Below are positions 49,363 to 59,481 of a stretch of 64,000 bases of DNA, piece after piece. This DNA comes from Thermoanaerobaculia bacterium (GTDB taxonomy: Bacteria > Acidobacteriota > Thermoanaerobaculia > Multivoradales > Multivoraceae). The notes under the pieces were generated by a model. The model ran no database searches. It was not told where the DNA came from and saw only the letters and a list, made by a program, of their open reading frames with translations. The position numbers and the translations under genes were made by a program. The stretch covers positions 2,688,001 to 2,752,000 of the forward strand of contig OY762911.1 of NCBI GenBank assembly GCA_963666565.1. Direction: 5' to 3'. How positions within the stretch are numbered: position 1 is the first letter of the stretch; each line of letters opens with the position of its first letter.

Positions 49363-51675
49363 ATGGCCAGCGGCGAGACAGGCAACGGAGTACTGGACGA
49401 GCAGACGCAAGCGGCGGCGGCGTTCATGGGCGCCGACCGGTTCCAGGGAATCAGGAGGCTTCACACCGCGCGCGAAGTGGCGGCGCAGCGGGGCTCGATT
49501 CCGCAGGACTACACGGTGGCGCGGGACGCCGCGGCGGCCTTCCACGCGCGGCTGAGGGACCTGTTCGACCGGAGGAAGTCGATCACCACGTTCGGCCCGT
49601 ACTCGCCGGGCCAGGCGGTGGCGATGAAGCGGCGAGGGATCGAGGGCATCTACCTCGGTGGCTGGGCGACCTCGGCCAAGGGCTCGATCACCGAGGATCC
49701 GGGGCCGGATCTCGCCAGCTACCCCCTGAGCCAGGTGCCGGACGAGGCGGCGCCGATCGTCCGCGCCCTGCTGACGGCCGACAAGAACCAGACCTTCAAC
49801 CGTTCGCGGATGAGCGAGGCGGAGCGGCGGGCGAACCCGGCGACCGACTTCCGCCCGTTCATCGTCGCCGACGCGGACACCGGCCACGGCGGCGAACAGC
49901 ATGTGCGCAACCTGATCCGCCGGTTCGTCGAGGTGGGCGTGCCCGGCTACCACATCGAGGACCAGAAGCCCGGGGTCAAGAAGTGCGGCCACCAGGCGGG
50001 CAAGGTCCTGGTGCCGCAGGACGAACAGAACAAGCGGCTGAACTCCGCCCGCTTCCAGTTGGACGTGATGGCGGTTGCCGGCCTCATCGTCGCCCGCACG
50101 GACTCGGAGGCCGCGACCTTCCTCGACGGCAACGGCGACGAGCGCGACCAGGCGTTCATTCTCGGCGCCACGAACCTCGATCTGCCGAGCTGCAAGACGG
50201 CGACCCTGGCCATCCTGCGGCGGCTGAACGCCCTGGGCGCGGAAGACGTCCGCGGCCACGAGCTGTACGAGATCTCGGAAGCCGCCTACCGCCGCGCCGA
50301 CCTCTGGCTGGAGGGCGCCGGCGTCTACGAGCGGCTCGAGTCCGCCTACGGCAAGGCGGCCGCGAACGGCGGCGCGGCGGTCGAGGCCGCGCTCGACGAG
50401 ACGATGGCCTCCTTCCTCGACGCCTGGCAGGCGGAGGCCGGGCTCAAGACCTACCCGCAGGCCGTGGCGGAAGTCATCGCCTTCCGGGAAGAGGAAGGCG
50501 CGGTCTTCGATCTCTCGGTGGAGGAGTGGCTGGAGTTCGCCCACTCCGTGCCGGTCGAGGAAGCGGCGGCCCGTGCGCGCAAGATGGGCATCAACCTGGT
50601 CTGGAACGCCGAGATCGCGCGCACCCCCGAGGGCTACTACCAGATCCGGGGCGGCATCGAGTACGCGATCTCGCGTTCCCTGCACGCCGCGCCCTACGCC
50701 GACCTGATCTGGATGGAGACGGCGACCGCCAACCTGAAGGACGCGCGCCGCTTCGCCGAGGCGATCCACGCCGTGTTCCCGGACCAGTTGCTGGCCTACA
50801 ACCTCTCCCCCTCCTTCAACTGGGACACGACCGGCATGTCGGACGAGGAAATGAAGAAGTTCCCGGAGGAACTGGGCAGGCTCGGCTACGTCTTCAACTT
50901 CATTACCTACGGCGGCCACCAGGTCGACGGTCTGGCGGCGGAGGACTTCGCCACCGCCCTGCGCGAGGACGGCATGTTGGCGCTGGCCCGGCTGCAGCGG
51001 AAGCTGCGTCTGGTGGGGTCGCCCTACCGGACGCCGCAGGCCCTCGTCGGCGGCGCCCGGCTCGACGGCGGGCTCTCGGCCGCGACCGGCCACACGGCGA
51101 CGACCAAGGCGATGGGCAAGGGCTCGACCCACGTTCAGCACCTGGCGCAGACCGAGGTGCCGCCGCGGCTGCTCGAGGAGTGGCTCGACCTGTGGCGCGG
51201 CAAGTACGACGTCGACGAGCGCATGCGCGTGGAACTCCGGCCCCACGTCGCCGGTTCCGAGCTCCTGGAGCTCAACGTCCTGGCTCGGAACGGACGCGAC
51301 GAGTCGAAGGCGGCGAACGTCGTCTTCGCGCCCATCCGCGACCGCCGAGAGCGGATGATCCTCTCGGTGCGCGACCAGAACACCTTCGACCTCGACCTGA
51401 GGAGGCGCCGCCTGATGGCGCTGATCCACGTGTTCCTGATCCACCGCTACGGCGCGGCGTGGGTCCACTACGTCAGTCCGACGGACGACAACCAGCACCA
51501 GACCCGGCGCATGATCGAACTCGGGATCTTCGAGACGGCGAACACCGAGGTCGGCGAGATCATCGTCGCGGCGGTCAACCGGGAACGGGTCCGCGAACTT
51601 GCGGGGCGGGATCGCGAGTCGCTGACGGCGCTGATCGAGAAGACCGAACCGGCGCCGGTGCGGGCCGCCTCGTGA
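49363..51675 (+). CDS. aceA: Isocitrate lyase, long ICL2 type with extra C-terminal domain
   Basis: [23 protein letters not shown], catalytic [23 protein letters not shown]; about 770 aa; SD ggagg before ATG 49363. Confidence 0.95.
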   Translation: MASGETGNGVLDEQTQAAAAFMGADRFQGIRRLHTAREVAAQRGSIPQDYTVARDAAAAFHARLRDLFDRRKSITTFGPYSPGQAVAMKRRGIEGIYLGGWATSAKGSITEDPGPDLASYPLSQVPDEAAPIVRALLTADKNQTFNRSRMSEAERRANPATDFRPFIVADADTGHGGEQHVRNLIRRFVEVGVPGYHIEDQKPGVKKCGHQAGKVLVPQDEQNKRLNSARFQLDVMAVAGLIVARTDSEAATFLDGNGDERDQAFILGATNLDLPSCKTATLAILRRLNALGAEDVRGHELYEISEAAYRRADLWLEGAGVYERLESAYGKAAANGGAAVEAALDETMASFLDAWQAEAGLKTYPQAVAEVIAFREEEGAVFDLSVEEWLEFAHSVPVEEAAARARKMGINLVWNAEIARTPEGYYQIRGGIEYAISRSLHAAPYADLIWMETATANLKDARRFAEAIHAVFPDQLLAYNLSPSFNWDTTGMSDEEMKKFPEELGRLGYVFNFITYGGHQVDGLAAEDFATALREDGMLALARLQRKLRLVGSPYRTPQALVGGARLDGGLSAATGHTATTKAMGKGSTHVQHLAQTEVPPRLLEEWLDLWRGKYDVDERMRVELRPHVAGSELLELNVLARNGRDESKAANVVFAPIRDRRERMILSVRDQNTFDLDLRRRRLMALIHVFLIHRYGAAWVHYVSPTDDNQHQTRRMIELGIFETANTEVGEIIVAAVNRERVRELAGRDRESLTALIEKTEPAPVRAAS

Positions 51676-54380
51676 TCCGGGCCGCCCGCTGGGTGCGCGG
51701 GTCTTCTGACCCGCTGCCGCCGAAGGCGGGCAGGAGCACGCGCCGCGAAGCGGCTCCGCTTGGCGGCCGGTTCCATAGCCGCGTCGTGACCGCGATCTGG
51801 GCGCTGGCCTCGGTCCTCTCGATTCAGGGTCTTCAGGCGCAGGACGCCGGGGCGGAGGAGCCCCGGTCGATCTCGGAAGCCACCGGAGGCTTCGAGCATC
51901 TGCCCGGCTTTCTCGACCTGTTCTGGGACAGCCGGGGCGGCAGGCTGTTCCTCGAGATCGACTCCTTCGACGACGACCTGCTGTACATCGAGTCGCTGTC
52001 GGCGGGCCTCGGGTCGAACGACATCGGCCTCGACCGCGGCCAGCTCGGCGGCACCCACCTGGCGCGGTTCGAGCGGGTCGGGCCGAAGGTCCTGCTGGTG
52101 CAGCAGAACACCCGTTATCGCGCGCTGAGCGACAACCCGGACGAGCGGCGCGCGGTCGCCGACGCCTTCGCGCGCTCGGTCCTCTGGGGCTTCCAGGTGG
52201 CGGCCGAGGACGAAGGCGGCGCGGTGCTGGTGGACGCGACGGACTTCGTGCTCCGGGACGCGCACGGCGTCGTGGCGCGGCTCCGGCAACGGGGGCAGGG
52301 GAGCTACCAGTTGGACGCCTCGCGCTCGGCGATTCACCGTCCCGGCGTCGCCGCCTTTCCGCGCAACTCGGAACTCGAGGGCACGCAGACCTTCACCCTG
52401 CGGCCTTCGGAGCGGGGGCCGGGCGCCTGGGTTCGCCAGGTCGCGCCTTCGCCCGAGGCGCTCACGTTGCGCGTCCGCCACTCCTTCGTCGCCCTGCCCG
52501 AACCCGGGTACGAACCCCGGCTCGCCGATCCCCGTGCCGGCTTCAACGTGACCGGTTATCTCGACTACGCGACTCCCATCGACCAGCCGATCGAGACCGT
52601 TTTCATCGACCGGCACCGCCTCGAGAAGCGTGACCCGAACGCGGAGCGAAGCGAACCGGTCGAACCGATCGTCTACTACCTGGACCGGGGCGCGCCGGAG
52701 CCCATCCGTTCGGCGCTGCTCGACGGCGCCCGCTGGTGGAACGAGGCGTTCGAGGCCGCGGGCTACATCGACGCGTTCCGGGTCGAGCTGCTGCCGGAGG
52801 GGGCCGACCTGCTCGACGTGCGCTACAACGTGATCCAGTGGGTGCATCGGTCGACCCGCGGATGGTCCTACGGCGGCGGGGTCACCGACCCGCGCACCGG
52901 CGAGATCCTGAAGGGCCACGTGACGCTCGGTTCCCTGCGGGTGCGGCAGGACTTCCTGATCGCCCAGGGCCTCCTGTCGCCCTACGAGGACGCGGACTCG
53001 TCCACCGAGGCGCTCACCGAGATGGCGCTTGCCCGGCTGCGCCAGCTTTCGGCCCATGAAGTCGGCCACACGATCGGCCTGATGCACAACTTCGCCTCCA
53101 GCGTCGATGGACCGGACGGCCGCGAGTCGGTCATGGACTATCCGCATCCGCTGGCCAGGTTGCGCGAGGACGGCATGATCGACCTGAGCGCGGCCTACGA
53201 CGTGGGCATAGGCGAATGGGACAAGCGGGCGGTCCTCTACGGCTACGCCGACTTCCCCGACGGCGCCGACGAGGCGGCGGAACTCGACGCCATTCTGCGC
53301 GGGACGATCGACGCCGGGCTCCACTTCATCGCCGACGAGGATGCGCGGCCGGTGGGCGGTGCCCATCCGCTGGCCCACCTCTGGGACAACGGCCGTTCGG
53401 CGGCGGAAGAACTGCGGCGCATCCTGTCCGTGCGGCGCGCGGCGCTCGACCGGTTCTCCGAGCGCAGCGTCCGGGTCGGCGATCCGCTGTCCGCGCTGGA
53501 GGACGTCCTGACCCCGCTCTACCTGCTGCATCGCTACCAGATCGAGGCGGCGGCCAAGGCGGTCGGCGGGATCGACTACAGCTACGCCGTCCGCGGCGAC
53601 GGCCAGGCGCCGGTGTCGCTGCTGCCGCCGGCGATGCAGTTCGACGCGCTGGACGCGCTGCTCCGGACGGTCGATCCGGCCGAACTCACGCTGCCCCCGG
53701 AGATCGTCGACCTGATCCCGCCGCCGTCTCCGGGTCGCGGCCGCGGGCGGGAGCAGCTTCCGTCGCGCGCCGGCCCGGCGTTCGACCCGGTGGCCGCGGC
53801 CGAGATGGCGGCCGACCTGACCTTCGGCATGATCTTCGACGGCGCGCGCGCCGCCCGGCTGGTCGATCACCGTTCCCGGGCGGGGGCGCAGCCGGGTCTC
53901 CGCGCCGTGATCGACCGGGTGCTGGCCGCTACCTGGCGCGCCGATCCGCATTCGGGCCTTGCCGGAGAAGTCGGTCGGGCCGTCGACTTCGCGGCCCTGC
54001 GGCGGCTGATGCTTCTGGCGGCCGGCGGGCGGGTCGGCGGCGGCGCGTCGGCCGCCGTTCCGACGAACTTCGACTGGCCGACCGTGCCCGAGCGGAACGG
54101 TTCGTTCCAGGCGCGGGCCGAGGCCCGGGCCGATCTGGCGGCCCTGGAGGGTTGGCTGGAAGCGAATCCGGCCGCCGACGACCCGGCGGAGGAGGCGCAC
54201 CGCGGCTATGCCCGCTGGCTGATCGGGCGTTTTCTCGAGGATCCGGGCTCGGTGGAACTGCCGGCCCCGCTGCGCGCGCCCGACGGTTCGCCGATCGGCT
54301 GCAGCGTCGGCCCGGGCGGTCTGGCGTTCGCTTCGTGGAGCGCCGGGCCCGGGTGGTCTTCGGGGTCGGCGCCGCCGTGA
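51672..54380 (+). CDS. Secreted zinc metalloprotease (metzincin; DUF5117/DUF4953-type)
   Basis: [13 protein letters not shown], Met-turn [23 protein letters not shown]; GTGA overlap with aceA; signal peptide ends ..LQAQD. Start uncertain (alternative GTG 51786). Confidence 0.9.
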   Translation: MIRAARWVRGSSDPLPPKAGRSTRREAAPLGGRFHSRVVTAIWALASVLSIQGLQAQDAGAEEPRSISEATGGFEHLPGFLDLFWDSRGGRLFLEIDSFDDDLLYIESLSAGLGSNDIGLDRGQLGGTHLARFERVGPKVLLVQQNTRYRALSDNPDERRAVADAFARSVLWGFQVAAEDEGGAVLVDATDFVLRDAHGVVARLRQRGQGSYQLDASRSAIHRPGVAAFPRNSELEGTQTFTLRPSERGPGAWVRQVAPSPEALTLRVRHSFVALPEPGYEPRLADPRAGFNVTGYLDYATPIDQPIETVFIDRHRLEKRDPNAERSEPVEPIVYYLDRGAPEPIRSALLDGARWWNEAFEAAGYIDAFRVELLPEGADLLDVRYNVIQWVHRSTRGWSYGGGVTDPRTGEILKGHVTLGSLRVRQDFLIAQGLLSPYEDADSSTEALTEMALARLRQLSAHEVGHTIGLMHNFASSVDGPDGRESVMDYPHPLARLREDGMIDLSAAYDVGIGEWDKRAVLYGYADFPDGADEAAELDAILRGTIDAGLHFIADEDARPVGGAHPLAHLWDNGRSAAEELRRILSVRRAALDRFSERSVRVGDPLSALEDVLTPLYLLHRYQIEAAAKAVGGIDYSYAVRGDGQAPVSLLPPAMQFDALDALLRTVDPAELTLPPEIVDLIPPPSPGRGRGREQLPSRAGPAFDPVAAAEMAADLTFGMIFDGARAARLVDHRSRAGAQPGLRAVIDRVLAATWRADPHSGLAGEVGRAVDFAALRRLMLLAAGGRVGGGASAAVPTNFDWPTVPERNGSFQARAEARADLAALEGWLEANPAADDPAEEAHRGYARWLIGRFLEDPGSVELPAPLRAPDGSPIGCSVGPGGLAFASWSAGPGWSSGSAPP
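51689..51759 (+). repeat. REP-like double-hairpin element
   Basis: ctgggtgc, gcgggtc-ttct-gacccgc, t, gccgcc-gaa-ggcgg .. cggctccgc. Confidence 0.88.
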
Positions 54381-55603
54381 CCGGCGCCGAAGCCGCATCG
54401 CTCCGGCTTCCGGCCGCGGTTGCCGGCATCTACAGCGCCGGCGAGGTCGCCGAACTCGTCGACTTGCGGCGGACGCTTCATGCCGACCCCGAACTCTCGC
54501 TCCAGGAAGAACGCACGGCGGCCCGGCTCGAGCGGACACTCGACGAACTCGGCATCGACGACGTCGTCCGGGTGGCCGGCACCGGCGTCGTCGGACGCAT
54601 CCCCGGCCGCGATCGCGGCGCGCCGCCCGTCGCGGTGCGCGGCGACATCGACGCGCTGCCGATCCAGGAAGACACCGGCCTGCCGTTCGCCTCGCGCAAC
54701 GCAGGCGTCATGCACGCCTGCGGCCACGACGTACACGCCTCGTGGACGGTCGCTGCCGCCCGCCTGCTCCAGGCCGAGCCGGCGGCGGGCGACGTTCTGC
54801 TCGTGCTGCAGCCGGCGGAGGAGACCGGCGAGGGCGCCGCGGCGGTCCTCGCGACCGGCGTCCTGGACGAGGCGGCGGCGATTTTCGGCGCCCATGTCGA
54901 CCTGACGTTCGAGGTCGGGCAGGCGATGATCCAGCCCGGCGCCGTGGGCGCCGCCGCCGACCGCTTCGAGATCGAGCTCCGCGGCAAGGGCGCGCACGGT
55001 GCGAGGCCGCACCAGGGACTCGATCCGATCATCGGCGCCGCCCAGGTCGTTTCCGCTCTGCAGACGGTGGTCTCCCGGCGGGTGCCGCCCGACCAACCGG
55101 CGGTGGTCACCGTCGGCGCCGTCGAGGCGGGCACAGCGCACAACGTGATTCCCGACCGTGCCGTGCTCAAGGGCACCATGCGATCGCTGGCCCCGGCGGT
55201 CCGGAAGCTCCTGGCGGACGAAGTGCGGCACGTCGCCGAATCGGTCGCCGCGGCCTGCCGGCTCGAGGCCCAGGTGCGGATGCTCCAGGGCACGCCGGCC
55301 GTGCTGAACGACGAACGCGCCGCCGGCTGGGCTCGCGACGCCGCGGCTTCGGTGATCGGCGCCGAGGCGGTCAAGCCGCTGCCGGCCGCGAACATGGGCG
55401 GCGAGGACTTCGCCTTCTACCTGGAGCGGATCCCCGGATGCTTCATCCGGGTCGGCGCCCGGCGCCCTGGCGACCCCGTCGTCGGCGCCCACACGCCGTA
55501 CTTCGCGCCGGCGGAGGAGGCGATCTTCGTCGGCGGGGCGTTGCTCGCCGCGGCGGCGCGGCAGGCGTCGCGGGAGCTGGCGGAGCAGGCGGCCGTCTCC
55601 TGA
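54377..55603 (+). CDS. M20D amidohydrolase (hippurate hydrolase/aminoacylase-like)
   Basis: LHADPELS, RGDIDALPI, MHACGHDVH, QPAEE, GAHGARPH, MGGEDFAFY; GTGA overlap with the upstream gene. Confidence 0.93.
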   Translation: MTGAEAASLRLPAAVAGIYSAGEVAELVDLRRTLHADPELSLQEERTAARLERTLDELGIDDVVRVAGTGVVGRIPGRDRGAPPVAVRGDIDALPIQEDTGLPFASRNAGVMHACGHDVHASWTVAAARLLQAEPAAGDVLLVLQPAEETGEGAAAVLATGVLDEAAAIFGAHVDLTFEVGQAMIQPGAVGAAADRFEIELRGKGAHGARPHQGLDPIIGAAQVVSALQTVVSRRVPPDQPAVVTVGAVEAGTAHNVIPDRAVLKGTMRSLAPAVRKLLADEVRHVAESVAAACRLEAQVRMLQGTPAVLNDERAAGWARDAAASVIGAEAVKPLPAANMGGEDFAFYLERIPGCFIRVGARRPGDPVVGAHTPYFAPAEEAIFVGGALLAAAARQASRELAEQAAVS

Positions 55604-55626
55604 TCGCCGGTCCTCGCCCGTTCCAT

Positions 55627-55960
55627 GCCGGAACCGAGGCCGCGGAAGGGGCGGAGCGACCGGTTCGGTCCACTGGGGAGGTAGTCAGTCGACGTCACGC
55701 GAGGAGGAGCGCGCCGCTCCGCCCCCGACCCGGTTTACGCACCGGCACCGGACAGGGTTTCGGCACCGGAGCCGACCAGCCCAGTCGGGTAAGGAGGGGT
55801 CGGCGCCCAGGTGCCTCTGAACGAGCGACGGCCGACGCCTTCCCGGAAGCCGACCCCGAACCGGAGCGAGTGAAGCGTAGCAAGCGCAACCCTGCCCATC
55901 TCCTCTGGAGCGCGCGCGTCACCTGGGTGCCGACCCCTCCTGACCCAAGACGGGCGGGTG
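55627..55960. other. Highly structured intergenic region with long inverted repeats (candidate ncRNA or non-autonomous element)
   Basis: 27-nt arms 55787-55813 and 55920-55946 (25 Watson-Crick pairs, 1 G.T, 1 mismatch); 11-bp arms 55648-58 and 55715-25. Confidence 0.6.
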
Positions 55961-55999
55961 CGTCCGACGCCGCTTCGCCGCGTCTTGCGGTGCCGCCTC

Positions 56000-56863
56000 C
56001 TAACCGCCCGTCGCGTGGCGGTCCGGGTGGCGCATCGCGGTGATGTTGAACCCGGCGTCGACGAAGTGGATGCCGCCGGTGGTTCCGGCGCTCAGATCGG
56101 ACAGCAGGTAGGCGGCGGTCGCGCCGACGTCGTCCACCGTGATGTTGCGGCCGAGCGGGGCCCGCTCCGGCATGACCTTCAGCATGCCGCGCATTCCCGA
56201 GACGCCGGATGCGGCGAGCGTCCTCACCGGGCCGGCGGAGATGCCGTGAACGCGGATGTTCTTCGGACCCAGGTCGACCGCGAGGTAGCGGATCGAGGCC
56301 TCGAGCGCCGCCTTGGCGATGCCCATCACGTTGTAGTTGGGGGTCGCCTTGGTGGCGCCGTAGTAGGTCATCGCGATGATGCTTCCGCCCTCCGTCATCA
56401 GCGGCTCGGCGGCGCGGGCGAGCCCGATCAGCGAGTAGCAACTGATGTCGAGCGCGGTGGCGAAGCCGGCGCGCGACGTGTCGACCGTGCGGCCGAGCAG
56501 GTCCTCCCGGTTGGCGAAGGCCACGGAGTGGACGAGGAAGTCGAGGCGGCCCCAGCGCTCGGCGAGGGTGTCGAACACGGCGTCGATCCGAGCGTCGTCC
56601 GTGACGTCGAGCGGCTCGACGATGGCGGAGCCGATGCTCGCGGCCAGCGGCCGCACGCGACGTTCGAGGGCGTCGCCCTGATACGTGAACGCGAGTTCGG
56701 CGCCTTCCTCGTGGGCGCGCCGGGCGATGCCCCAGGCCAGGGAGCGCTTGTTCGCGACGCCGACGATCAGACCGCGGCGCCCGGCCAGCAGTCCCCGGGA
56801 GGCGGCGCCGGCCGGGGACGGTTCCGACGCGGACTTCCGGGGCGATGAATCGGGCGCGGTCAC
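56000..56863 (-). CDS. fabI: Enoyl-ACP reductase FabI
   Basis: [57 protein letters not shown]. Confidence 0.95.
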   Translation of the reverse strand: MTAPDSSPRKSASEPSPAGAASRGLLAGRRGLIVGVANKRSLAWGIARRAHEEGAELAFTYQGDALERRVRPLAASIGSAIVEPLDVTDDARIDAVFDTLAERWGRLDFLVHSVAFANREDLLGRTVDTSRAGFATALDISCYSLIGLARAAEPLMTEGGSIIAMTYYGATKATPNYNVMGIAKAALEASIRYLAVDLGPKNIRVHGISAGPVRTLAASGVSGMRGMLKVMPERAPLGRNITVDDVGATAAYLLSDLSAGTTGGIHFVDAGFNITAMRHPDRHATGG

Positions 56864-56962
56864 GAGCGCCGGGATTGTACATGCGGGATCGCTGACGGCC
56901 CGCGCACCGGCACACTTGCCTGCCGGTCGGAGGGCGGTCGGGCCTTAGACTGACCCCGGCTC

Positions 56963-57844
56963 ATGGTCTCGTTGCTCGGCATCGCCCTGGTGGTCGGCGC
57001 GACGCTCTGTTTCGCGCTGCTCAACCTGTTGCGCAAGCTGCTCGCAGGGCGGCTGAACGCGGCTCTTCTGGTCGCGGTTCTGGCCCTGGGGGCCGTGCCG
57101 CTGTACGGCGTGTGGGCGCTGGTCCAGCCGCCCGGGGAAGTGAGCGCGGCGTATCTTTGGCCCGGTCTGGCGTCCGTCGCCTGCAACCTGGTCGCCAACT
57201 ACGGCTTTCTGCGTTCGGTGCGGGTCGCCGGACTCGGCGCCGTAATCCCCCTGCTGTCGTTGACGCCGGTGTTCACCGCGCTGCTGGCGATCCCGCTGCT
57301 CGGCGAGCTTCCCGAACCGCGCGAGTGGTTGGGGATCGCGGTGGTCGTGTGCGCGGCCCTCTCCCTGCAGATCGACCGGGGCGGCGGCGACCAGGCCCGG
57401 CCCTGGCAACTGGGAGCGGGCGCCTGGTGGATGATCCTGGTCGCCCTGCTGTGGGCCACGGCGCTGCCACTCGACAAGCTGGCCACGGAGGCGTCCAACG
57501 TGCCGTTCCACGGCCTGGTCCTTCACCTCGGCGTCGGCCTCTCCGGCGCGATCGTCGCGTCCCGGAGCCTTCGGGGCGCGCTCTGGCGGCGTCGCGCGGC
57601 CGGCGCCGGCCGCGGAACCTGGGTCCTGCTGCTTTCGGCGGTCGCGGTGGGCGCGGCGGCCCAGGCGTTCCAGTTGCTCTCGTTGCAACACGTATGGGTG
57701 GGTTTCGTGGAGACCGTGAAGCAGGGTCTCGGAGCGTCGCTGGCCCTGGTCCTGGGCCGCCTGTTCTTCGCCGAGCCGCTGACGCTGCGAAAGGCGGTGA
57801 CGGTGGCCCTGATCGGGGTCGGCGTCGCGGTGATGCTCTGGTAG
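56963..57844 (+). CDS. EamA/DMT-family transporter
   Basis: About 10 TM helices in two repeats; PLLSLTPVF..LLGE, LFFAEP. Confidence 0.88.
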   Translation: MVSLLGIALVVGATLCFALLNLLRKLLAGRLNAALLVAVLALGAVPLYGVWALVQPPGEVSAAYLWPGLASVACNLVANYGFLRSVRVAGLGAVIPLLSLTPVFTALLAIPLLGELPEPREWLGIAVVVCAALSLQIDRGGGDQARPWQLGAGAWWMILVALLWATALPLDKLATEASNVPFHGLVLHLGVGLSGAIVASRSLRGALWRRRAAGAGRGTWVLLLSAVAVGAAAQAFQLLSLQHVWVGFVETVKQGLGASLALVLGRLFFAEPLTLRKAVTVALIGVGVAVMLW

Positions 57845-57855
57845 GTTGACCTGCA

Positions 57856-59448
57856 ATGGCGAGCCGTTTCCCGGCCGGTTCCGGGCGCCTCCTGGCGATC
57901 GTCCTGAGTCTCGTAGCGGTGGGGTCCGGCGCGGTTGGCGCCCAGGTGTTGCGCCTGGACCGGATCGAGCTGCCGGACGGGTTCTCGATCGGCGTCTTCG
58001 CCGACGACGTTCGGGGCGCCCGGTCGCTCGCCCAGAGCCCGGTGGGAACCGTGTTCGTCGGCAGCCGGCCGGAGGGCGTCGTCTACGCGCTGGTCGATTC
58101 GGACGACGACGGCGAGGCGGACGGGACATACCGTCTGGCGTCCGGGCTGAACTCGCCGAACGGCGTCGCCTTCCGCAACGGCGACCTCTACGTGGCCGAG
58201 ATCAGCCGGATACTCCGGTACGACGGCATCGAGAGCCGGCTGGACTCGCCTCCTCGGCCGGTCGTGGTCACCGATCGTCTCCCAAGGGACGAGCATCACG
58301 GCTGGAAGTTCATCCGCTTCGGGCCGGACGGCCGGCTCTACGTGCCGGTCGGCGCTCCCTGCAACGTCTGCGACGAGCCCGACCCCTACAACTCGATCCT
58401 GCGCCTCGCCGCGAACGGCAGCTACGAGATCGTGGCGCGGGGAGTGCGGAACACAGTCGGCTTCGACTGGCATCCGGCGACCCGCCGGCTGTGGTTCACG
58501 GACAACGGCCGCGACTGGCTGGGCGACGACAGTCCGCCGGACGAGTTGAACGTGCTGACGTCCAACGGGCAGCACTTCGGTTACCCGTACTGCCACGGCC
58601 GCGACATCGCCGACCCGGAGTACGGCAACCGGCGTTCCTGTTCGGAGTTCCGGCCGCCGGCCCAGGCGCTCGGGCCGCACGTCGCGGCGCTCGGGATGCG
58701 GTTCTACACGGGGACCGCGTTCCCGGAGCGCTACCGGGGCCAGATCTTCATCGCCGAGCACGGGTCGTGGAACCGGACAGACCCGATCGGCTACCGGGTC
58801 ATGGTGGTCCGGCTGGACGGTAGCGGCCGGGCGGCCGGCTACGAGGAGTTCGCGACCGGCTGGCTCCAGGGGCGAAGCGCGTGGGGCCGGCCGGTGGACG
58901 TGATGGTGCGCGAGGACGGTTCGCTGCTCGTGTCGGACGACCGGCAGGGGGCGATCTACCGCATCGTGCACGAGTCGGCGGCACAACCCGACCCCGACCC
59001 GGATCCCGATCCGCCGGAGCCCGACCCCGATCCTCCGCCCGAACCGGATCCCGATCCGCCGACGGAAGGCCCGTGCGAGCCGGGACCCGACACCCTTTGC
59101 CTGTTGGACGGCCGCTTCGAACTGAAGGTCCGCTGGTGGACGGCGGGCGGCGAGCCGAACCCGGGCTACGTGGCGGAGTACGGCACGGCGGATTCCGGCA
59201 TGTTCTGGTTCCTGGACGCGTCCAACTGGGAGATCCTGGTCAAGGTCCTGGACGGCTGCGCCCTGAACGGCCACGTCTGGGTCTACGGCGCCTCGACGAC
59301 GGACCTGGGCTACTCGATCCATGTGAGGGACACGGCGACCGGCGAGGTGAGCGGCCCGTACCGCAACGAGCCCGGCCGACCCGCCCCGGCGATCACCGAC
59401 AACCGCGCGTTCAGCCAGGCCTGCACGGCGTCCGCGTCGGTCCCGTAA
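57856..59448 (+). CDS. Glucose/sorbosone dehydrogenase-family beta-propeller with Asp-Pro linker and Cys-bounded C-terminal domain
   Basis: Signal peptide; HHGWKFIRFGPDGRLY, GVRNTVGFDW, PHVAALGMRFY, AEHGSWNR, GRPVDV; extra C-terminal domain of about 120 aa. Confidence 0.9.
   Translation: MASRFPAGSGRLLAIVLSLVAVGSGAVGAQVLRLDRIELPDGFSIGVFADDVRGARSLAQSPVGTVFVGSRPEGVVYALVDSDDDGEADGTYRLASGLNSPNGVAFRNGDLYVAEISRILRYDGIESRLDSPPRPVVVTDRLPRDEHHGWKFIRFGPDGRLYVPVGAPCNVCDEPDPYNSILRLAANGSYEIVARGVRNTVGFDWHPATRRLWFTDNGRDWLGDDSPPDELNVLTSNGQHFGYPYCHGRDIADPEYGNRRSCSEFRPPAQALGPHVAALGMRFYTGTAFPERYRGQIFIAEHGSWNRTDPIGYRVMVVRLDGSGRAAGYEEFATGWLQGRSAWGRPVDVMVREDGSLLVSDDRQGAIYRIVHESAAQPDPDPDPDPPEPDPDPPPEPDPDPPTEGPCEPGPDTLCLLDGRFELKVRWWTAGGEPNPGYVAEYGTADSGMFWFLDASNWEILVKVLDGCALNGHVWVYGASTTDLGYSIHVRDTATGEVSGPYRNEPGRPAPAITDNRAFSQACTASASVP
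58987..59062 (+). repeat. Low-complexity (D/E-P)n linker repeat
   Basis: Encodes PDPDPDPDPPEPDPDPPPEPDPDPP. Confidence 0.85.
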
Positions 59449-59481
59449 GCTCCAGCCACCCAACCCAGAGGAGAATCCGCC

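Noticed and set aside
47521-54380. Apparent giant proteins 47521..51498 (1325 aa) and 49983..54380 (1465 aa)
   Set aside because: Only their 3' parts are real (TPP enzyme from 49221; metalloprotease from about 51672); the 5' parts overlap aceA in other frames.
55811-55873. 20-aa ORF behind the sequestered AGGAGG as a type I toxin
   Set aside because: The peptide (VPLNERRPTPSRKPTPNRSE) is hydrophilic and the SD-start spacing is about 13 nt.
55778-55960. 6S RNA, SRP RNA, RNase P RNA, tmRNA or retron msr-msd
   Set aside because: Size fits 6S but no long apical stem or conserved bubble motifs were seen; no SRP, RNase P or tmRNA signatures; no reverse transcriptase nearby. Kept only as an unassigned structure.
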